DNA of 63,936 nucleotides, counting the filler, from Reclinomonas americana ATCC 50394 (taxonomy: Eukaryota), in the NCBI GenBank assembly GCA_048213135.1. It is 10 parts of 3 records of this genome, joined end to end, with 100 filler letters (N's around TTAATTAATTAA, not from the genome) between each part and the next. Parts side by side here need not be neighbours in the genome. Positions count along the whole stretch, not along the records: positions 50,374 to 60,370 come from PS015484.1; positions 60,471 to 62,617 come from PS015485.1; positions 62,718 to 63,936 come from PS015510.1; 7 more parts are not named here. One strand, given 5' to 3'. The position numbers were made by a program, and so were the translations under genes. Numbering within the stretch: the first letter of the stretch is position 1; each line of letters begins with the position of its first letter. The notes beneath the pieces were generated by a model that saw only the letters and a list, made by a program, of their open reading frames with translations, had not been told where the DNA came from and made no database searches. Shown in pieces: positions 55,501 through 63,936 of this stretch.

Positions 55501-58500
55501 GGATTCAACACCCATGCTTCGATCGACAGCACAGGACGTACGCCTATCAAGGATGCCGGCGTCGCAACCGACAATGGCATGTATGCCGTGCCGTCAAACT
55601 GCAGACCACGAACGCCACTCGTCAGCACCACTGTCACGGTGCTCGCTGTCGCTGTGAAGACGCCACCCAGCAACCCTGCGTTGCTGACCGTGCTGACAGA
55701 ACCCAGCGCCAGTCCAGTAGCATCCACCGACACAAGCAGTGAACCAGCAGTGGTCACAGATATGGCACTGATACCGACGACCTGGGCCGATAGGAACGCG
55801 CACTGCTCCTGTTGGAAGTTGGCCAGCACTTGCGCACCAGTAAGAGTGCCGCTGTGGATACGAATGCGAGCCATGGTGAGTGACGGACGCGCACCGCCCC
55901 ACGCCACTGCACTCGAGTCATATTGCGATCCAAGTGTGATCGGCACCGCGTTGCTAATACTTAGCGAGGCCTGCACTACTGCATTGGCCAGCACGCCGTC
56001 AATGTACACCCTATCCGTTGTGCCATCCGACGTGTACGTCAACAGATGCCATGCATTCGCTGTCGGCGGACCGCCAGCACCCCACGGTATGTCGCTGTTG
56101 AAGTGAGTCACCGCCCCCCAAGTCGAATGAGAACCGAAACTGAATGAGATACTGCTGGACGGCCAGCGCACGCCCCAAACAACCATCGATTCCTCCGCCT
56201 CGACACTCGGATTGTAGACCCACACTTCAATCGTAAACGACGGATTACGGCCTACCAAAGTTGTCGGCGGCGTCGCGACAGAGTGTCTCATGTACGCAAC
56301 GCCGTCAAACGCGAGCCCACGCATGGCAGACAGCTCCGCTACCGTCACCGTGCTGGCCGCCGTGGTAAACACACCGCCCAGCGTGCCACCATTCGTTACC
56401 GTCGTCAGAGCGCCGAGTGGAAGTGCACTGGAATCGATCGAGACTAGCAGTGAGCCGGCAATCTGCAGCGAGTTCGCTACCACTTTGACCGTGTCGCCGG
56501 CGGCCAGCTGATTGCCGGACACAGTCAAAGAAGTGGCTGTCGACAGTGTCAACACTGACGGTGTTAGAGCCGTGGCACCTACATTCAGCACCGCGACAGC
56601 CGGCAGGCCCGTCACTACTGTAGATGCTGCTTGGTCGGCAAACGTGAATGATGATAGGCTGTACACGGCACTAGACGTATTCGATGCTCCCGTGAAGCCA
56701 ACCCACGCAGAGCTGGCGCCAACAGTAGCCGGAATGTTGACAGTGTACGACTGCGTGGCGGTCGCCAACGTGATGCTGTCGGTGATTGTGACTGTGAGCG
56801 TGGTGCCGTTATACGTAATGTTGACATTCATCGTGTTGCCGTTCCCGAGAGCGATGCCGTTGGCTGTCAGATCGATCGAGCCGGTGTTGGTCGGTGTGGC
56901 ACCGTTGAGATAGAGACCAGTGGAGCTGGTGCCCTCGCCACTGGTGTCCGCCACGTCAAACTTTACGCACAAACTCGAGCCGACGCCGGAATAGCCGAGA
57001 CTAGACCCCCAACCACCAACGCCCAAAGGAGCCTGGTTTTTGATCACAAAACAAACACCTTCGCCACCACCACTCATTCGCAGCGCAAAGCTAGTGGTAA
57101 AGTTCGCGATATTCATCTTGGTTGTTGTGAATGCCAAGCCCGGCATAGAACCACCACCAGGGTACAGCAGAATGCCAGCAGCCGAATAACTCGCCACACC
57201 GCCCAGTGTCAGCTGCTGATTCACTTGCAGTGCACAAATTGAAGACGCGCCTACCGGACGGCGGCACACAGTGAAGTACGAGTTCACCAGACTGTACGCC
57301 ACCGATACCACCGGCACAGTCATCACCGTGTTCCCAGCGGATACCACGAAAGCAGGAGAGGCGACCACGCTAGTGAACTGCGTAGCAGAGGCGCAGCTCG
57401 TGCCGAAAGGCACAAAGCGGATCAAATCAGTGGTGTCGAAACTGGCCCCGGAAACCGTCAGATTCCACATCACGCCCGGGTACAGTGCGACAGGTCCAGT
57501 GACAGCACCCACCGACACAGTCAGCGCACTTATCTGCGTGGGACTGTAGGTGACTTGACTCGAGGGGCTCAAGTATGAAAACGCGAGCACGTCAAAGTTG
57601 CCGGTAACAGCACCAGCACTTGCAGTGAACCCAACCCAGGCCCTATTGGCTCCCATCTGTCCAGGAATATCGACAGTGTACGACTGGGAGGCGGTGGCCA
57701 GCGTTGCTGTATCAGTAATGGTCACAGCGAGCGTGGTACCGTCGTACGTCATGTCGACTTTCATAACGTTGTTGCTGGCCAGAATAACATTGCTCGGCAT
57801 CAAGTCCACCGCGCCAGTGCCTGTGGGCGTGGCGCCGTTGAGATAGAGACCAGTAGATGAGTGGGGAACACCGCCGGCATAGATGTCAAACTTGACACCG
57901 ACGCTCGGCGTCAGACCGCAAAAACCAAGGCATCCACCACCAAAGCCGCTGACCGTGGCGCCCATGTTTTGAATGGCAAATGTCATGCCATCTCCGCTGC
58001 CCGCAATGCGCAGGCGGAACGATAACGTGAACTGGGTCACGTCCACCGCGGCTGGAGCAAACACAGAGCCAGAGCACCCAATGACGCCAAAGGTGCATAA
58101 NNNNNNNNNNNNNNNNNNNNNNNNNNNNNNNNNNNNNNNNNNNNNNNNNNNNNNNNNNNNNNNNNNNNNNNNNNNNNNNNNNNNNNNNNNNNNNNNNNNN
58201 NNNNNNNNNNNNNNNNNNNNNNNNNNNNNNNNNNNNNNNNNNNNNNNNNNNNNNNNNNNNNNNNNNNNNNNNNNNNNNNNNNNNNNNNNNNNNNNNNNNN
58301 NNNNNNNNNNNNNNNNNNNNNNNNNNNNNNNNNNNNNNNNNNNNNNNNNNNNNNNNNNNNNNNNNNNNNNNNNNNNNNNNNNNNNNNNNNNNNNNNNNNN
58401 NNNNNNNNNNNNNNNNNNNNNNGCGCACACCCAACGACCCACTAGAGCCGACGTATGTAGCCAGTGCATTGGCCTGCCACGACATGCCTACCGTGTAAAA

Positions 58501-59269
58501 ATTGGACGCGCCCGCCAGCTTGTGGCACACACTGATTGCGTCGGCACATGACACGCTGCTGCCTGACACAGTAATGCCCGTCAATACTAGGTTGCCACCG
58601 ACCATGCTCTGCGTGCCGAGTGTGATGCCTGACACGGCGGCACCGGTGCATAGTGCGCCCAATGACACCAGCTTGACCGTGTCGGCCGCCGACAGACCCA
58701 CACCACTAAGTGTCAACGACACGCCGCTTCCGATATTGATTGCGGAGGGTGAGAAGGAGGTGGCCACGCTCACCGCAAGATTGCCGAGAAAGGCGAACGA
58801 GCCGCTCGCCGTCTCCTTGTAGCACAGCGAATACGTGCCGTCGCGCACGGGCGTCACGGCAGCGATTTGCGTGTTGGTGCCGCCGCCAGTGACAGTCAAC
58901 GTGGAGGAAGCCGACACGAAGCCACTGCGCGATGGCGGCGACCCGGCGCACGTCGACGACGCGCCATCGACGAAAACAACCGTGTCGGAGACGGCGAGAC
59001 CGGTACCCGTCACAGTGACAGTGGTGGCGATGTTGAAAGGCAAAGAGGCGGGCGAGAAACCAGCGACAGCAGCGGATACAGGCAGAGGCGCCACGGAGAC
59101 GAAGAGGGCGACAAAGAAGATGACAACGATGAGAGTGTGTGGCGCAGGCGCGTTGAAGGGGCGCAAGGAGTTGGAGGCCTGTAAGTTGATCAGCGCGTGA
59201 ATGTGTGAGATGCAAATGTACGATGTGTGAGCCAGGTGACGAACTCACCGCAGCTCTCGAGGTCCTCAT
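52216..59269 (-). CDS. Large secreted mosaic protein: Cys-containing beta-sandwich repeats, 2 L-type lectin-like domains, 2 LamG/ConA-like domains, cadherin-like domain, 2 PAN/apple domains
   Basis: MRTSRAA exon is followed by the hydrophobic signal LIVVIFFVALFVSVA. Lectin motifs: GDGMTFAIQ, GVKFD, YDGTTLAVTITD, AWVGFTA (twice). LamG motifs: FTIEVWVYNP, WHLLTYTSDG..RVYIDG (twice). Cadherin motif: VGTLSTTDANAGQTFTYSI...TDNGTP. PAN motifs: CCMKCDGDAACVAWVF and CSVLCSGNSLCGSWTF. Stop at 52216. Confidence 0.75.
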
Positions 59270-59322
59270 CGACGGCGAGGGGCTGGGTGGACACCACGAG
59301 TGCGCTAACACACGTGCACGCG

Positions 59323-59404
<82 letters not shown>

Positions 59405-59432
59405 NNNNNNNNNNNNNNNNNNNNACGACGAC

Positions 59433-59488
<56 letters not shown>

Positions 59489-59901
59489 CCGCTTCTGTGT
59501 GGCGGGAAAATTGAATTTTGCACGCACAACGTACGTACAGCTGTACAGTGTATACAGTAGCGGCCTGGCGAACCATCTGCTAGTACACACACGACAGCAG
59601 CAGCTGCAGGTGGTGCGCGACAATACAGCGTGTGGATCTGACACCAGCACTTCTTGCTATCTTGCTGCATTCGCGGTTTCTCTTGCTGACAAGCCAGCAC
59701 AAGACATTTCGACTTTCTCTCGCACTGCACCGTGATATCTGAGTTTCTAGTGCTCACACAAGATGTTGATCATCACACGCACTGTCTTGTCCTCACTCCC
59801 GCTCAGAACGACCAGTAAATCAATGCTGACTATATAATGACGGAGAAAAAAAAAAGAAGCAGCATGAAAATATAACGTGACTACATGAGAGAGGCCACCC
59901 C

Positions 59902-60818
59902 TCACCAGTACAGCCAAGGTGGATCATCGAGGTGCCGATGCACCACGACTCCCGCCTCCTCGACCACGAAACAACGCAGCGCCATCTCCGGCAGGCACCG
60001 CGAATCCTGTTCCTTCTCTCCTGCGCCTGCCTGCATCTCCTGGACAGCACGCAAGGCCAAACGCGCCGCCTGCAGCTCCTGCTGCGCGAGGCCGTACGGG
60101 GTGGACAGCAGTCGCACAGCATTGTCGCGACACCCGATCACCAAGAAGCGACCGTCGACGGTGCACGCGACAGAATACACACAATCAGAGTGTCCCTCCA
60201 AGCGCCGCACCTCCTCACCACTCGCCAGCGACCACACACGCACCGTTTGGTCCCAACCCCCACTCACGACATGCTGAGAGTCGGGAGTGACGGTCACCGA
60301 CAACACCGCACCGGTGTGCGCCTTTAGGTGTCGCACTTCCTCGCCACTCGTCACAGGCCACACTCGCACANNNNNNNNNNNNNNNNNNNNNNNNNNNNNN
60401 NNNNNNNNNNNNNNTTAATTAATTAANNNNNNNNNNNNNNNNNNNNNNNNNNNNNNNNNNNNNNNNNNNNGCCAGAATGTCCTTCCAGCCGTCGCACCTC
60501 CTCGCCACTCGCCAGCGACCACACGCGCACAGTCTTGTCAAGGCCTCCACTGACAATGAGCTGGTCATCGAAAGTGATGCCAACAGATTGCACCGCGCCA
60601 GCGTGTCCCTTCAACAGTCGCATTTGCTCGCCACTCTCCACAGACCACACGCGCACTGTGGAGTCGTAGCTGCCGCTCACAATGTGCTGCCCGTCACGCG
60701 TGACCGCAACACACGCCACACTGTTCGTGTGTCCCTGCAAGACCTGACGACACCGACCATTCACGGTGAGCACACACACTGGATGCAGACACACGAGCCC
60801 ACCCACCTTGGTTGTCAT
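59902..60818 (-). CDS. WD40-repeat protein with a short helical C-terminal tail; middle repeats lost in gap
   Basis: MTTK|VLQGHTNSVACVAVTRDGQHIVSGSYDSTVRVW; 42-aa GH...W repeats lie on both sides of the linker at 60415. Confidence 0.8.
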
Positions 60819-60896
60819 TGCTTGTGGGAGAAGGGAGTGGTCCTGCTTGTTGTGGGACACCTCTCTTCCGATCTCTCTTCCTTCCGTCCTTCTTTC

Positions 60897-61782
60897 ATGC
60901 GCGCCAACTACAACACATGCGTGGTCCGTCGCTTGCAAGAGAGAGCGTGTCCGCAGTGCATCTCTCACCTCCTCTCTCACCGTCGCATGCAGGTCGGCCA
61001 CTCAGTGGTGTTGGTCCCTTATCGCGAGGAGCACGTGCCGCGTTATCATGAGTGGATGACTGATGCCGCTCTCCAAGGTGCACCACTCTCTCTCTCTCTC
61101 TCTCTCTCCCTCTCACACACACTTTCTTGCCTCCCTTGCTCACGATTGCAAGTCAAGAGCTGACCGAGTCGGAGCCACTAACACTGGAGCAGGAGTACGC
61201 CATGCAAGCTGAGTGGCGCGACGATGAGCAAAGTACGGCTGTGTGGTGTGCACGGACAGCACTCTTTGTGTGTGTATGTACTCACTGTCGGGTGCCAGAG
61301 TGCACGTTCATCCTGCTGGATCGCTCACTGCTGCGCGATGAGAGCGACTACGCGAGTCAGTTGCAAGCCATGTGTGGCGATGTCAACTTGTTCCTGGGAC
61401 ACGACGATGATGACGACGCGGAGCGGGCCGAGATCGAGGTCATGGTGGCAGAGACAGCTTCGCGACGCAAGGGAATCGCGCAAGAGGCGGTGCTGCTCAT
61501 GATGCAGTATGGTGGGTTGCTTCTCTCCGAGTTGGAGTCGGCGCTGGCGCACTGCTTACATGTGGTGTCTCTCGGGCAGCGCTGCGCCACTTGCCGATCC
61601 GTCGCTTCCGTGCCAAGGTGTTGGAGAAGAACGAGCCATCGGTGCATCTGTTCACCAAACTCGGCTTCGCCGTCGCACGTCGCGTCGAGTGCTTTGGTGA
61701 GGTACACATGGATTGGAGTGGCAGTGGCATGGATCCACTGTCGCTGGCCTCCACCGAGTGTGTTTACGCCAGTGAGTCATGA
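60897..61782 (+). CDS. NAT9: N-acetyltransferase 9-like (GNAT), 5 exons
   Basis: Spliced product: MRANYNTCV|VGHSVVLVPYREEHVPRYHEWM...ELTESEPLTLEQEYAMQ..W..D..CTFILLD...MCGDVNLFL...AEIEVMVAE..SRRKG...NEPSVHLFTKLGF. Confidence 0.9.
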
Positions 61783-61830
61783 AAGCATGGGAGCAACAAC
61801 AATAAGCGTATTACATTCACTCTCCGTCGG

Positions 61831-62617
61831 TCAGTCGCCTCTCAGTGCTCTGTACCGCAGCAGCGCACTGTGTGGGTCCAACACAATCTCACACAACGGC
61901 GACACCTCGTGCTGTGCGGCCTCGGTGCTCTTGCTGGCATGCACAAACGTCAACGAGCGCGCAGTCACCCGCACCGCTGGCAGACCCACGCTGGCGCGAC
62001 TGTCGCCACCCAACGCCGCCGCGCTCGACGACGACGAACGGACGAGCACCGGGGGTGAGGCAGGAATGCAGTCGCTGGGGTGTCCATTTGAGGCGAGCAG
62101 AATGCGCCGTGTGACCTGCCGGAGCATCGGCGCACCGAGCGAGTGCTTCAGCACGTGATTCCACATGGAGCCGGCGGTGGCGGGCGTGACAGCTGCCACC
62201 GCCTGCCGCGTGGTGGCCTGCACCATCTCCGGTGCAAGGCGCGGCAGGCTCGTCACCGCGCCAAACACAATGAAGCGGCGCGTGGCCAGCAGATCGGCCA
62301 CCGCGCGAGTCATGGCGGCATTGCGCGCCAAGTGTTGTCGTTGCTGCAAGTGGGAGAGAGAGAGTGCCGTCAGCACTCGCAGGGTGAAGAGAAAGGAGGA
62401 AATGGAAGGCCTTCTTTACGCAACACTGTCGGCACGGTGCACCCAAAAGTGCGATGTCAGCGAATCAATCACGACCAGCTGCACCGCACCGTCGTCCACA
62501 CACGCTGACGACGCCGCCGCTGTTGTCTCAGCCGATCGCTTGCCCGTGGCTGCAACAGCAGCCGCCGCCGCCGCAGCAGCAGCGGCAGCAGCGACCGCAG
62601 ACTCGACCGACTGCCGC
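61831..62617 (-). CDS. XRCC2: RecA/Rad51 paralogue, XRCC2-like, C-terminal part
   Basis: Walker B region QLVVIDSLTSHFWVHR resembles XRCC2 LLILDSLSAFYWIDR, followed by DLLATRRFIVFGAVT. The 5' exons lie in or beyond the gap at 62618. Confidence 0.55.
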
Positions 62618-62717
62618 NNNNNNNNNNNNNNNNNNNNNNNNNNNNNNNNNNNNNNNNNNNNTTAATTAATTAANNNNNNNNNNNNNNNNNNNNNNNNNNN
62701 NNNNNNNNNNNNNNNNN

Positions 62718-62854
<137 letters not shown>

Positions 62855-63501
62855 GCGATCCAATTTGTCCGATCACTCTTTCCCTCCAGATCTCTCCTTG
62901 CCTCACCCCCTCTCCTCTCTTCTTACTTACCCTCTCTCCCTCTCTGTCCCCCCCACACACAGAGGCCTCCCTCGACCTCACCACCGGCGACCTGAGCTTT
63001 CAGTGGCGACTTGGAGGCCCAGAAGGCGCACAAATGTCACGACAGGTCAGCTCACACACACACTCTCTCTCACACACACACACACACTCACACTCACGCT
63101 CACACAGTGGCGCGGTCGTGGTCTTGTTCATCTGCATCTAGCCCCGCCCGAGTGAACCGAATGAACCGCGGAATTCCCTTACATTTCAAAAACACACTCC
63201 GCGCGCACAGGTACCGAGTCTCCTCCGCACGCAGCCACCTCACGCACTCGCATCTCTCGTGTCCATAAGAGCTTCACTCTGCGTGTGTCACTGTGATCAC
63301 TGTGTCTGTGTGTGTGCGTGTGTTTGTGAGGGCGCACATGCACATGTGCATGTGACACACCGCCACACAAGGCCAGGCGCCTCTCTCGCGCACGCACGCA
63401 CGCACTCTCTATCTGCACGCCACCTCCTATTTATGAATGGACAGAAACGCTCACTGTGTCTCTCTGTCTCCCTCTGTGTGTGTGTGTGTCATGTCGCGCA
63501 G

Positions 63502-63613
63502 ATGGTGAACCTGAGAGTCCAGAGGCGGCTCGCGGCCGCGGTCCTCAAGTGCGGCAAGCGCCGTATCTGGATGGACCCGAATGAGGTCACCGAGATCTCC
63601 AACGCCAACTCTC
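63502..63613 (+). CDS. RPL19: 60S ribosomal protein L19 (eL19), first coding exon; continues beyond the window
   Basis: [37 protein letters not shown](R). Confidence 0.95.
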
Positions 63614-63936
63614 GTTGAGTATGCTTCTGGGATTTGATCAGCGAGTGTGGGAGATAAGAAGAGAAGGAGAGGGAGAGAGAGAAGGAGTGTGCATCTCTCT
63701 GTGCAGTGTGAGGGAGCAGTGGACAGGGAGAGAGAGAGAGAGAGTAGGCAAGCAGGAAGGCGCTGCGTCTGTGTGTCTTCGCGCGTGTGCGACATGACAT
63801 GTCGTTGCTCTGGTTCACACACGCTCGTGTGCCCCTCTTCACCCCTCTCTCTCTCCGTGCGAGTGATTGTCGTGCAGTGTGGTCTATCGTGAGAATCCAT
63901 TCTGTGCTGACAGTGCCTCTCTTTTCTCTCGTCCAC

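Noticed and set aside
63860..63912. Possible C/D box snoRNA in the RPL19 intron (GTGATT...CTGA)
   Set aside because: The C box is imperfect, the span is short, and I saw no terminal stem or recognisable rRNA guide.

Overview
Draft eukaryotic, probably protist, genomic DNA. It is GC-rich and gene-dense, with many short GT-AG introns full of microsatellites. There are numerous N gaps, and nine 100-bp spacers carry an artificial TTAATTAATTAA linker that genes read across in order. Gene models were assembled by eye, so exon boundaries are approximate unless stated. Genes in order: Rxt3/LCCL-like (-), eIF4G (+, middle lost in a gap), type II membrane glycosyltransferase (-), PhyH-like Fe/2OG dioxygenase (-), a tandem array of four NLR-like genes (novel N-terminal domain + NB-ARC-type STAND NTPase + TPRs, 18.3-37.2 kb, -), an NHL/FN3/EGF surface protein (-), a giant STRA6-like membrane protein with many Ig-like repeats (-), a coiled-coil fragment (+), a secreted lectin/LamG/cadherin/PAN mosaic with a 3.2-kb intronless bacterial-looking exon (-), a WD40 protein (-), NAT9 (+), XRCC2-like (-) and RPL19 (+). 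The most notable observations are the diversifying NLR-like array, the STRA6-Ig receptor, and a recurrent 5' splice site GTTG(C/A)GT shifted by one nucleotide relative to GTG(C/A)GT. No database searches were run; family calls rest on recalled motifs.
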